This document shows, piece after piece, positions 43,040 to 55,300 of a stretch of DNA of 64,000 nt (position 1 is the stretch's first letter; each line of letters begins with the position of its first letter). The stretch spans positions 46,265,922 through 46,329,921 of the forward strand of contig NC_057714.1 in NCBI RefSeq assembly GCF_004010195.1. The letters run 5' to 3'. The position numbers and the translations under genes were made by a program. Below the pieces are notes generated by a model. The model was not told the DNA's origin, did no database searches, and saw nothing but the letters and a program-made list of their open reading frames with translations. This DNA is from Chiloscyllium plagiosum (taxonomy: Eukaryota).

Positions 43040-43490
43040 CAGAATCACACAGATGTACAGCACAGAAACAGACTCTTTGGTCCAACTCACCCATACAGAC
43101 CAAATATCCTAAAGTAATCCAGTTTCATTTGCCAGCACTTGGCCCATATCCCACTAAATGCTTCCTACTCACATACCCTATCCAGATGCCTTTTAATGTT
43201 ATATTTGTACCAGTCTCCATCACTTCCTCAAGCAGCTCATTCCACACACGCACCACCCTTTGCATGAAAATGTTGCCCCTGAGGTAACTTATAAATTTTT
43301 CCCCTCTCACCCTATGTCCTCTAGTTCTGGGCTCCCCTACCCTAAATAAAAGATCTTGCCTATCTACCCTATCCATGTCCCTCATTCTTTTATACCCCTC
43401 AGCCTCTGACGCTCCAGGGAAAACAGCCCCAGCCTATTCATCCTCTCCCTATAGCTCAAACCTTCCAACCCTGGCAACATCCTTGTAAAT
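43040..43490 (-). mobile_element. CR1 3' fragment
   Basis: ORF 43125-43385 contains RTRGH...FMQRVVRVWNEL. Confidence 0.85.
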
Positions 43491-44633
43491 CAAATTTCTC
43501 CTTTTTAAGCATACAGCCAATTCCTTTTTGAAATTTACTTTTAAAGCTGCTTCCACTTAGTCAAGCTGTACATTCCAATTTCCAAATCGCCAGATACAAA
43601 GAAACAATTTCAGTCCCAAAAGCAAACTTTAGGCCCCTAAATGTAACAAATCAAACAACTATTTCACAATGCACTGTTGAGAATTCCAAAGTCAGATGTG
43701 ACACAGGGCATAGCAACGTCAAAAAAGGATCAAAGTATACAGCCCTTCCAGCATCTTCTGTCATTCAAGAAGATCACTGCTGAATCTAGGAATTAACTCA
43801 TACTTGCCTTTGATTAACAAATCTATCAACATTAGACAAAAATAAAAATTAATCTAAAATTTACTATCGTTTGCTATTAATACAAAATAACTTTCCATTT
43901 AACTTTCCACAATGGAACAACTTTTTTCTAAAGGGAGATTCAAAAGGGGCAGCTGCATATCCATAATTAAAAGAGCAATCAATCTTGTGAATCGGCTTTT
44001 ATTTCAGTAAAAGTAGTAGAAAATTGTTTAATGAATTCTAAAGGTCTAAGTCACATTCATGAACATTCAGGAAATTTGACATCCGGGACAATACAACCCT
44101 CTTGATAGCTTCTGAATTCAAGTATTCACTATCATTGATGCACAATGCCTCATACGGAGGATAAACGGCAGCAATTCCCAAGCTCTCCACAGACAGTACC
44201 TTCTCAGCCCACAGCCTGTATCACTGAAAATGATTAAAAGCAGGAAATACACAGGAACGTGACTGCTTCAAGTACCCCACTAAGCTATTCACCACCATCA
44301 CAACATTATAATTTTTCACTGTGAATCAAAATTCTGGCAACTGCCTACAGGAATACTGAGTGCTTATCTAAAACAGACGGACTGCAAGCAGCTGAAGAAC
44401 ACCACTTACCACCACCTTTCTAATGACATTTGGAGACGGGGCAATAAATGTTGGTTTTACTACCAAAACTCTCATGCTTCCAAGGACTTTTTTTTTTAAA
44501 TTCACTTACCAATAGAAATAATGCAAAATAATTATGGGAAAATATTTTTCACCTGTTTTCTTAAGCTTTAAAAAATATCAATCTCTACATCTTTCTTTAT
44601 AGCTCAGTTGATATTAACTGACTAATACATTGG

Positions 44634-44974
44634 TGAAAATGTGTTGCTGGAAAAGTGCAGCAGGTCAGGCAGCATCCAAGGAACAGGAGAATCGACGTTT
44701 CGGGCATAAGCCTTTCTTCAGGAATGAGGAAAGTGTGCCCAGCAGGCTAAGATAAAAGGTAGGGAGGAGGGATTTGGGGGAGGGGCCCCTCCCCCAAGTC
44801 CCTCCTCCCTACCTTTTATCTTAGCCTGCTGGGCACACTTTCCTCATTCCTGAAGAAGGGCTTATGCCCGAAACGTCGATTCTCCTGTTCCTTGGATGCT
44901 GCCTGACCTGCTACGCTTTTCCAGAAACACATTTTCAGCTCTGATCTCCAGCATCTACAGTCCTCACTTTCTCC
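44634..44974. mobile_element. Young fold-back Penelope-derived element with a 304-bp spacerless palindrome
   Basis: Arms 44634-44785 and 44786-44937, about 5 mismatches by eye, centre GGGG|CCCC. Exact 16-bp TSD CTGACTAATACATTGG at 44618-44633 and 44975-44990. Confidence 0.88.
44846..44881 (+). ncRNA. Minimal type I hammerhead ribozyme motif (Penelope terminal-repeat type); mirror copy on the minus strand at about 44690-44725
   Basis: CUGAAGA (44850-44856), an extra A, stem II GGGC-UUAU-GCCC, GAAAC (44870-44874), then GUC. Stem III is the self-complementary ACGU type and stem I is weak (AUUC/GAUU). Confidence 0.65.
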
Positions 44975-45990
44975 CTGACTAATACATTGGGACAGCTTCC
45001 AGTCATAAACGATTTCCTTAACAATATAGCTGTCTTAAATGACAAACCTGTAGATTACTGTATTGTCCTAATGAATTAATTTCTCTTATCTATGAACTGC
45101 TGCATTTCCACACATTCCATGCTGGTACAGAAAACAGTGGCAGCACCAGAAATAGACAGGGCATTGTAAGCTTTCAACTGAACTCTACAATACGAACATT
45201 GCTATCTGCCCATTTTATTTGCACTAAACTGCTTGACAATACAGGATAAGTTTTAATTTATTTGAAGTATATACTGAAAATATCAAAATCTTCCATCCTG
45301 ATGACCAATTGCAATTCCAACCTAACTCTATTCCTCTCTGGTAGCATTCCAGTGTAAACCAAATTGTTCACAACTTAAATGTTATACTTGACTCACTACA
45401 CACCTAAACACTTACTAAACAAATCTCTAACTTAGGTGTTGTTGAAATCTTAGTTGGTGCCTTCATTATCTCCAGGCACGATTATTCCAATGCAGTCAAT
45501 TTCAGACTCCATAAAAGGTACAGTCATCCAGCACTCCCATGCTCTCATTCTAAGGGTGCACCAACTTTCATTCACCTGTCACCATTGTACCCGTTGACTT
45601 CCCAGTTGAGTAACAGCTCGATTTTAAAATTCTTTGCATTCTTGGGAAACATTTCCATGTCTGCAACTCTCCCTTTTGCCATCGTCTCCTCCAAATCAAC
45701 TTATCCGCAACCCACCAACTCTGGCCGGTCTGGCTACGCCTTACACTGAAGCTCATCGTCCCGGGAATTTTCTCCCCAAACCTCCCGTCCCATTCATCCT
45801 TCCTTGCGCGTCCTCACAGAATGACTTCCTTCACAACAACTTCGCACACACATACATTATCGTGCAAATCCTTTCCCATCTGATGTCCTTCAGTGGCTCA
45901 GTCACCCCTCCAGTGAAGAGCCTTGGGACAATTCCCCTCCCACCCCCACCCCAAAAGGTGCTATAGAAGTGTTTGTTAGGTTGTTGTTGC

Positions 45991-46018
45991 TGTGTGTGTG
46001 TGTGTGTGTACACACACA
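45991..46018. repeat. (TG)9-TA-(CA)4 microsatellite just inside GALNT12 intron 1
   Basis: Read directly from the sequence; 46001-46018 is self-complementary. Confidence 0.9.
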
Positions 46019-46049
46019 GTGAATTGCAGTTGTAACAGCACTCAGTCCC

Positions 46050-46830
46050 TCCGTCTCACTTACAGCGGGTTCCACCTCTCGGGCAGCCGGCGCCGCAGGG
46101 AGATCCTGTCGCTGACATAGATGTTGATCTGATGTTTGCTCACACTCTCTTCCTCCTTCCGCTTCTCCTCGCCCTCCAGGTTCAGGTGAACCGCTCTGCC
46201 CAGTTCCCCCAGCGCACCCTCATCCAGCCGCGGCTTCTCATACACGGTTCTCCGGAGGCGGTCGTACTCGGAGTGGCCGGCGGCGGCGGCGGCGGCGGCC
46301 GCCACCGAGCCCGTGTCAGCCGCGGGCTCCCAGCGCTCAGCCCGCGGCTGCCGCTTGCCCTGCTGCCCGCTCCGGCTCAGCACCACGAAGCCCAGGGCGA
46401 TCATCCCGCAGCACAGCAGCAGTAACTGCTTACAGCACCGCCGCCTCCGTGCCAGCAACATCGCCCCCCACCCTCCAAGGACAGGAGAAGGTGGGGGTGC
46501 CCCTCCCGCGGCCCAGGGACGGACACACACCGGGCTACCGGCCCCTCCCGCTCCGGACCGTGCGGCGCTCACACACCGAAGCTGCCGCCCCCGCCGTCCC
46601 ACACAAACTTTCCACAACTCGTCCAGGAAGTGGCTCGCGGTCGGTCGCACGGTAGGCGGGGCCTAGAGCGGAAAGCCGCCGAATGTTGAGGCGTTTCCCT
46701 GGAGACCCAGCCGGGGCGGGCGCTAGAGCGTGACACGCTGTCAGCAAGTGCGCATGCGCAAGTTCTGCAGGTGACATAAAGAGGGTGTGGCTCACCAAGA
46801 TGACCCTGTTCCCCGAGGAGGGCGACACAA
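46050..46830 (-). promoter_or_regulatory. CpG island and promoter of GALNT12
   Basis: Sharp rise in GC and CpG content against the AT-rich background. Perfect NRF1-type palindrome TGCGCATGCGCA at 46749-46760, GC boxes near 46654 and 46713, ETS-like CAGGAAGT near 46624. Confidence 0.8.
46064..46461 (-). CDS. GALNT12: Polypeptide N-acetylgalactosaminyltransferase 12, coding exon 1 (cytoplasmic tail, TM anchor, stem, start of catalytic domain)
   Basis: ATG at 46461 (context gcgATG). Reads MLLARRRRCCKQLLLLCCGMIALGFVVL (type II TM anchor) ... HQINIYVSDRISLRRRLPERWNP-L, matching recalled human GALNT12 HQINIYLSDRISLHRRLPERWNPL. Ends CT|gtaagt (phase-2 donor at 46063); 398 nt. Confidence 0.93.
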
Positions 46831-46976
46831 GTGACAGCGAGGGGTTAGACTCGTACAGCGGGGAAACACACCCTTCAGCCCAACTAATCCATGCCGACTA
46901 TTTTTTTTTCAAATTAAACTCATGCCATTTGGCCCATATACCTTTCCTATTTACATAGCGATCCAAATGTATTTTA

Positions 46977-47315
46977 TTTTTTCCCCTTGTTTAGTGGCAC
47001 AGGAAAAAGACACTTTTGCGCAAATCCTTTCCCATATTATATTTTTCAGCAGAAAAACAATCATGTGGTTCGTGAAACACTGACAGGCAAAGACTGACAA
47101 AAGCAATGGTTACACCAAATAAAAAGTGGAGGAGGGGACTAAATCAAAAGAGTTGGATAGAGAAATAGCACTTGATCCAAAACCCCAGTGCACACATCTC
47201 CCTAAAGACATCGAGAGCACTGGCAGAGGCAGCATGCTCGCTCTCCCGTCAGACGCGAACTCAAACATAACCGCTGCAGGGGAACAGGCAGTCTCCACGA
47301 CTCGCCACCTGGACA
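46977..47315 (-). mobile_element. Unclassified 339-bp SINE-like insertion inside a CR1 3' fragment (about 46845-47830, minus strand)
   Basis: 14-bp TSD CCAAATrTATTTTA at 46963-46976 and 47316-47329. CpG-containing head and A-rich 3' end on the minus strand. Confidence 0.65.
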
Positions 47316-49446
47316 CCAAATATATTTTAAATGTTATAATTGTATCAGCCTCTATCACTTCCTCTGGCAGCTTGTTCTGTATATGCACCATCTCTGTGTG
47401 AAAAAGTTGCCACTGAGGTCCATTTTAAATCTTTCCCCTCTCACCTTAAACCTGTGCCCTCTAATTTGGACTCCCTCATCCCAGAGAAAAGATCTTGGTT
47501 ATTTACCTTATCTATGCCTCTCATGACTTTATAAACCTCTATAAGGTTTATAACCCCTCAGCCTCCTAAGCTCCTAGGAACAATGTCCTAGCCTATCCAC
47601 CTTCTCCTTATAATCAAACCCTGCAATCTCAGTAACATCCTTTTAAATCTTCTTTGCATCTTTTCCAGTTTTGTAACATCCTTTCTATTGTGGGGTGATT
47701 AGAATTGTATGCAGTCCTCCAAAATTGGCCTCATCAATGAAGTCAAGCAAGCCAAATGCCGCTTTCACCACCCTGACGACCTGTGACACTACTTTCAAGG
47801 AAATATGTACCTACACCACTAGATTTAAGTTCAGACATCCAAGAGAGGGATGTAGAGGTGGCAGAGAACTGGGGTGGAGATGGCAGAGACATATGCCAGA
47901 GATCCCAGATGTCATGGAGTTGGACAGAGACAGTGTCATTCAGCAGAGGTTTGGAGACTTCAAGTTTATGTAAGGCACAATGCGAGGGAACAAGGCAAGA
48001 ATGGTTTGATCTGGCTGTGTCCAGAAATAACAAATGAGAGTGTCTGAGATAGTTTATGGAAGTCTCAGTGATAATGTGCACTTGCATTTGGTAGCACAAC
48101 CAAGGCCAAATCGGGTAACAGATTGCAAATAGACCTATTTAGCCTTTTTGCTAGGATCTTAGTCCTAGGTCAGTTCATATTGTGCCCATCCCAATTGTAT
48201 AGTTTACTCCTATTGCCATGGTCCCACAAGATTCCCACATGTTGACTTCCCTACTCTTATCTCTTTGCCAATTTGTACGTGTAGCAGATAATAATCCAGA
48301 CATTACAATTCTTGAGGTCCTGTTGTTTTAATTTTGTTCCTAATTCCTGATATTCCGCAAACAGGACTTTTGCCTATGTTTTTGGTGGCGACATAGGACT
48401 GCACAACTGAACCCTCTCCCCCTCACCCAATCTCCAGTTTCTTATTTGTTGAGTAGAAGTGTGATTAGCTTGGTAATTCTGGAACTTCTGCTTCGTATCA
48501 TACTGATTCATCAGCTATAGGAGGGTGGTAGGTGGTAATCAACTGAGAGTTCCATGTTTGACTTAATGCAATAAGACTCCATCGAATACAGATAACCACT
48601 CCTCTTGACCATATGCCACTGTTGCATCATTGATAATAAGCTTCTTTAAATTCTCAAAAGCTGTTAAAACAAGCCAAAGAAACAGCATTCTATACACTTG
48701 AACAAACCAAATAATTCTCTATATAGTTTTCTGTAAATTACTTTAAATGATTTGAAGTCTGATTAATCTGTGTCATGCAGCACATGAGTAAAGTGCTTAT
48801 TGTACATGATAAACCAATTTTCAGCTATTGTAATTGACTCCACAACAATAGGACACCATAAAACTAGAGGAATATCTTTTCATTAAAAAAAAACTTTGTA
48901 TATATTTGTAAATATGTTTCAAAAAGATCCAGATTGTGGTGTAGTCAGATGTTCACTCTGATATGCATTTGAGGGGAACTCAAGATAAAACATGCTCAAA
49001 ATTTGCTTACACTGTTAATTATATCCCAAACAGAAACCCTACTCAGCAAGTTCCCATCCTAAAAAGATCATTTTGCGAATCAGATTAGCATTTACAACAC
49101 TAACACCATTAAAATACCTGCTTTTTATTAGCTTGTTTTTCAAATTCACAAAGTGGATGCAAATTCATGGAACTACCATGGTGGGATTTGAACTCTGATC
49201 TCCAGATTATTTAGGTCTCTGGTTTACTTGTTTGTGAATATATCCATGACATTACTGCCATTACTGTCATCAAAATGCCAAGGTCAATCCTGTCCACTCC
49301 CAACGTCCACCTGCCTTCCATGAATGAATTACTGAACAGAAACAAAGTAACAATTTTTCCCTTTTGTTTTCTTCTAGTCAACCTGTTCAGAGATGTTATT
49401 ACACACCTCTGGAGCAGGTGGGACTCAGAGAAGAAAAGGAATGCCA

Positions 49447-49518
49447 TACGTTGGCAAGGAATCGAACCCAGCACCCCCCACCTGACAGGCAAGAATTCTA
49501 CCACTGAACCACTGCAAA
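49447..49518 (-). pseudogene. tRNA-Gly(GCC)-derived pseudogene
   Basis: Reverse complement GTGGTTCAGTGGTAGAATTCTTGCCTGTCAGGTGGGGGGTGCTGGGTTCGATTCCTTGCCAACGTA versus recalled vertebrate tRNA-Gly GTGGTTCAGTGGTAGAATTCTCGCCTGCCACGCGGGAGGCCCGGGTTCGATTCCCGGCCAATGCA. The 5' acceptor strand is lost and the anticodon now reads GTC. Confidence 0.75.
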
Positions 49519-49741
49519 TAAAATCCCTTTATCATGTCAGAGATCTTGAAGGTCAGCTGTTTCAGTCCTGCAACCAATTAAAGTATCCGCACAAAACATA
49601 TCAGAACTGGGACAATCTTGCTGAAGGCAGTAAGTCATTGCAGACAAGACTAGAGGGGTGGGATCCTTACTGTCTAGTTGAGGTGATTGTATGCAAGGAT
49701 CATTTTAACACATTGATAAACAGAAAATGAATAATTTGGCA

Positions 49742-50970
49742 TCATGAGTCATAGAGATATACAGCATGGAAACAAGACCTTTCGGTCCAACCTGTCCATG
49801 CCGACCAGATATCCCAACCCAATCCATTCCCACCTGCCGGCCCATATCCCTCCAAACCCTTCCAATTCATATACCCATCCAAACGCTTCTTAAATGTTGC
49901 AATTGTACCAGCCTCCACCACATCCTCTGGTAGCTCATTCCATACACGTACCACCCTCTGCGTGAAATAGTTGCCCCTTAGCAATGTCCTGTACAGCCGC
50001 AACATGACCTCCCAACTCCTGTACTCAATACTCTGACCAATAAAGGAAAGCATACCAAACGCCTTCTTCACTATCCTATCAACATGCGACTCCACTGTCA
50101 AGGAGCTATGAACCTACACTCCAAGGTCTCTTTGTTCAGCAGCACTCCCTAGGACCTTACCATTAAATGTATAAGTCCAGCTAAGATTTGCTTTCCCAAA
50201 ATGCAGCACTTCGCATTAATCTGAATTAAACTCCATCTGCCACTCCTTAGCCCATTGGCCCATCTCGTCCAGATCCTGTTGTAATCTGAGGTAACCCACT
50301 TCGCTGTTCACTACACCTCCAATTTTGGTGTCATACGCAAATTTACTAACTGTACCTCTTATGCTCGCATCCAAATCATTTATGTAAATGACAAAAAGTT
50401 GAGGACCCAGCACCGATCCTTGTGGCACTCCACTGGTCACAGGCCTCCAGTCTGAAAAACAACACTCCACCACCACCCTTTGAGCCAGTTCTGTATCCAA
50501 ATGGCTAGTTCTCCCTGTATTACATGAGATCTAACCTTGCTAAACAGTCTCCCATGGGGAACCTTGTCGAACGCCTTACTGACGTCCATATAGATCACAT
50601 CTACTGCTCTGCCCTCATCAATCATCTTTGTTACTTCTTCAAAAAACTCAATCAAGTTTGTGAGACACGATTTCCCACGCACAAAGCCATGTTGACTATC
50701 CCTAATCAGTCCTTGCCTTTCCAAATATAAGTACATTCCTGTCCCTCAGGATTCCCTCCAACAACTTGCCCACCAACAAGGTCAAGCTCACCGGTCTATA
50801 GTTCACTGGCTTGTCTTTACCGCCCTTCTTAAACAGTGGCACCACGTTTGCCAACCTCCAGTCTTCCGGCACCTCACCTGTGACTATCGATTATACAAAT
50901 ATGTCAGCAAGAGGCCCAGCAATCACTTCTCTAGCTTCCCACAGAGTTCTCGGGTAACCTGATCAGGTCC
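49742..50970 (-). mobile_element. Young 5'-truncated CR1 LINE with internal deletions
   Basis: ORFs [64 protein letters not shown]. Confidence 0.92.
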
Positions 50971-51134
50971 TTTATCATTAAATATCGTCTTTTCAGTTAA
51001 TCAGCAGGTAAGAATGAGCGATCAAATATTTTCTAGCTTCTCACCTGAATCATGGAGTGTTATAATCCAAAAATATCACAGTTCTCATCAATATTAAAAA
51101 TGTGAAAATAGAACATGACCACATTAGCAAAATT

Positions 51135-52060
51135 GTATAATGACATAGGAACTGGAATAAGCCATTCAGCCCCTCAAGCCTATTCCACCATTCAATGTGT
51201 TCATGGCCGATTTGTGTCCTAATTCCATATAACCTACGTTTGGCCCATAGATCTGTAAAATAAGTGCTTTTTCCGGAACTGAAAGGTATTTTTTTTTTAG
51301 AATCATATGGTACAGAAGAGGCATTAAGTCTGCACTGACAAGAATTACTCTAAATCTACACTCGTCCCGTTTTCCAGCACGAGGCAAAGCCTTGAATTTT
51401 TTTTTTAATTTCAAGTATTCATCCAAATATTCTTCAAACTTATTGAGTTTTCCTGCCTTTGCTACCCTCAGTTCACTCCACATTCACAACACCCTCTGGG
51501 TGAAAATGTTTTTCCTCAAATCTCCGCGAAATTTCTTGCCTCTTGTTTTAAAATTTTGCCCGTTATTAACCTTGCAGTTAAGAGATGTAGTTGTTTTCTA
51601 CATGTCCATGTCCCTAAAGATCTTACACTTCAATGAGGTCCTGCCTCAGCCTTTTCTGCTCTAAAGAAATCAGCTTGGGCCTTTCCTGTTTCTCTCCTTA
51701 GCTAAAATGCTCCATCTCGGGCAACATCCTGATGAATCTTCCCTGCTTTCTCTTCAGTACAATAATTTGCTTCCTGTAGTGCAGTGACCAGAACTTCACA
51801 CACTACTCCAGCTGTGGCCTAACCAAAGTCCTGTACATGTCTCACCTCCTGCTGTTCTAATCTATGCCACAGTGGTAACAGATTTGCCTTCTTAGTCACC
51901 CTATTAACCTGTTCCGTCACCTTCATGGATCTGTGGAAATGCAACACAAGGTCCCTCTGAGCTTCCTCGTGTTCTGCCATACGATTCCTTCGTTACTTAG
52001 TCTAAAGTGCATCACCCCACACTTATCAGGGTTAAATTCCATTTTTAAAATAAATTTTCA
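51135..52060 (-). mobile_element. Old CR1 3' fragments
   Basis: CR1 3' ends and C-terminal RT relics on the minus strand. Confidence 0.65.
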
Positions 52061-52389
52061 CTCTCTCTGTGGAGAATCCACCTTGGCTCACTTTGGCACT
52101 TGCTCCAGTCGTCATTCTGAAGTTGTGTAACTACCCAGCAGTGAATTCTTCAAAGAACCGTTGTTGCATTATGGGAGATGTTTGCTAACACTCCTGGAAA
52201 ATGATTTAGGGCATGCTACTATGTCTAAAGACATGATGTACATGCAATTACAACATTCAAAAGGCATCTGGATGGGTACATGAATAGGAAAGGTTTAAAG
52301 GGATATGGGCCAAGTGCTGGGATATCTGGTCAGCATGGATGAGTTGGACCAAAGAAGCTGTTTCCATGCCTACTTATCTATGACTCTAT

Positions 52390-55300
52390 CCCTTAATATG
52401 TTTGCTGAACAAAAATATATTGCAGATTTAAAATTAACATCTGTTTGAGCATTCACTGCCATTAATGGAAGAGAGTTCCAAACATCTACCAGCCTTTATG
52501 TGTAGACATACTTCCTAACATCTCTGATAAATGGTCTGGCCCTAATTCTCAACCAGTGGAAATAGTGTAGATAAAGATGAACTTCTTTTCCTGTTAATAT
52601 CTTGAAGATGTTGATCAGATTAGCCCTTAACTTTCTGAACTCTAGAAAAAAACAGGTCAAATTTATATAATCTCTCTTCATAAATTAACTAGGTCTAGGT
52701 ATCATTCTTGTAAACCTACGCTGTACTCCCTCCAAAGCCAGTACATCCTTCCTAAGGTGAAGTGGCCAGATCTGCTCACAGTACTCCAAGTAGGGTCTAA
52801 CCAGGGTTTTGTATAACTTCAGCATAACTTCTGTATCCTTGTACTCCAGTCCTCTAGATATAAAGGCCAGCATCCCATGAGCTTTCTTGATTATTTTCTG
52901 CATCTGTTTGTGATATTTTAAAGATCTAGTCACCTGAACCCACAATTCTCTTTGGACATCCACTGTATTTAACTTCATATCATTTAGAAAGTACTCCAAT
53001 CTATCCTTTCTTGATCCAAAATTAATAACTTCACTTGAACATAGAATATAGAACAATACAGCACAGAACAGGCCCTTCGGCCCACAATGTTGTGCCGAAC
53101 ATTTGTCCTAGCTTAAGCACCCATCCATGTACCTATCCAATTGCTGCTTAAAGGTCACCAATGATTCTGGCTCTGCCACTCCCACAGGCAGCGCATTCCA
53201 TGCCCCCACCACTCTCTGGGTAAAGAACCCACCCCTGACATCTCCCCTATACCTTCCACCCGTCACCTTAAATTTATGTCGCCTTGTAACACNNNNNNNN
53301 NNNNNNNNNNNNNNNNNNNNNNNNNNNNNNNNNNNNNNNNNNNNNNNNNNNNNNNNNNNNNNNNNNNNNNNNNNNNNNNNNNNNNNNNNNNNNNNNNNNN
53401 NNNNNNNNNNNNNNNNNNNNNNNNNNNNNNNNNNNNNNNNNNNNNNNNNNNNNNNNNNNNNNNNNNNNNNNNNNNNNNNNNNNNNNNNNNNNNNNNNNNN
53501 NNNNNNNNNNNNNNNNNNNNNNNNNNNNNNNNNNNNNNNNNNNNNNNNNNNNNNNNNNNNNNNNNNNNNNNNNNNNNNNNNNNNNNNNNNNNNNNNNNNN
53601 NNNNNNNNNNNNNNNNNNNNNNNNNNNNNNNNNNNNNNNNNNNNNNNNNNNNNNNNNNNNNNNNNNNNNNNNNNNNNNNNNNNNNNNNNNNNNNNNNNNN
53701 NNNNNNNNNNNNNNNNNNNNNNNNNNNNNNNNNNNNNNNNNNNNNNNNNNNNNNNNNNNNNNNNNNNNNNNNNNNNNNNNNNNNNNNNNNNNNNNNNNNN
53801 NNNNNNNNNNNNNNNNNNNNNNNNNNNNNNNNNNNNNNNNNNNNNNNNNNNNNNNNNNNNNNNNNNNNNNNNNNNNNNNNNNNNNNNNNNNNNNNNNNNN
53901 NNNNNNNNNNNNNNNNNNNNNNNNNNNNNNNNNNNNNNNNNNNNNNNNNNNNNNNNNNNNNNNNNNNNNNNNNNNNNNNNNNNNNNNNNNNNNNNNNNNN
54001 NNNNNNNNNNNNNNNNNNNNNNNNNNNNNNNNGTGTTCCTCCAATGCTCTGTCTGAAGTTTCCTCAACCTTATGTAAGCCTCCTTCTTCCTCTTTACAAG
54101 ACATTCAACCTCCCTCATCAACCAAGGTTCCCTCACATGACCATCTCTTTCCTGCCTGACAGGTACATACATATCAAGGACACGTCGTATCTGTTCCTTG
54201 AAAAAGTTCCACATTTCAACGCCATCCTTCCCTGACAGCCTGTGCTCCCAACTTATGCTCCTCAGATCCTGTCTTGCAGCATCTTATTTACCCTTCCCCC
54301 AATTGTAAAACCTGCCCTGTTGCACGCACCTATCTCTCTCCATAACCAAGGTGAAAGTCACAGAATTGTGGTCACCATCACCAAAATGTTCACCCACTAA
54401 CAAGCCCATCACTTGTCCCGGTTCGTTACCAAGTACCAAATCCAATATGGCCTCCCCTCTGGTCGGACAATCTACATACTGAGTTAGAAAAGCTTCCTGG
54501 ACACACTGCACAAACACCACCCCGTCCAATCTACTTGATCTAAAGAGCTTCCAATCCATATTTGGGAAGTTGAAATCGCCCATGACAACTACCCTGTGGC
54601 TTCTGCACCTTTGCAAAATCTGTTTCCCCACATCTCTGCTGCTATTGGGGGGCCTATAGTAAACACCCAATTTCCTATTTCCTAAGGAGTAAACACTCCT
54701 TTCCTATTTCTGACTTCAGCTCATACTACCTCCAAAGGCAGATCCCCTCGAACTGCCTTTCTGCAGCCGTTATACCATTTCTAATTAGCAACGCCACCCC
54801 CCCCCCTCCTTTTTTACCATCCTCCCTAATCTTACTGAAACATCTGTAACCAGGAACCTCCAACAACCATTCCTGTCCCTCTTCTATCCACGTTTCCATG
54901 ATGGCCACAACATCGCAGTCCCAGGTACCGATCCACGCCTTAAGTTCACCCACCTTATTTCTGATACTCCTTATGTTGAAGTATACACACTTGAACCCAT
55001 CTCTGTGTCCGCAAGTATTCCCTGTCAGTGCTACCTTCTTCGACATCCTGACAAACAGCTAGCCTACTTGCTGGACTACAAGTCTGGATCCCATCCCCCT
55101 GCCAAATTAGTTTAAACCCACCCGAAGAGTGCTAGCAAACCTACCTCCCAGGATATTGGTGCCCTTCTGTTTCAGGTGCAACCCGTCCTGCTTGTACAGA
55201 CCCCACCTTCCCCAGAATGCAGTCTATTTGTCCAAATACCTGAAGCCCTCCCTCCTACACCATCCTTGCAGCCACCTGCTTACAATAAACTCCACCTGCC

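Noticed and set aside
46462-46650. 63-residue N-terminal extension of GALNT12 in the ORF track
   Set aside because: It begins at GTG in GC-rich promoter or 5' UTR sequence. The ATG at 46461 gives the normal short tail followed by the TM anchor.
46132-46828. Overlapping and antisense ORFs over the CpG island
   Set aside because: Expected from stop-codon scarcity in GC-rich DNA; no recognisable domains.
45864-47035. 16-mer GCAAATCCTTTCCCAT occurring on both sides of exon 1
   Set aside because: The similarity does not extend further and one copy lies in an inserted element, so chance is a sufficient explanation.
53108-54235. Four long ORFs of 276-368 aa
   Set aside because: Artefacts of translating through the 740-N gap.
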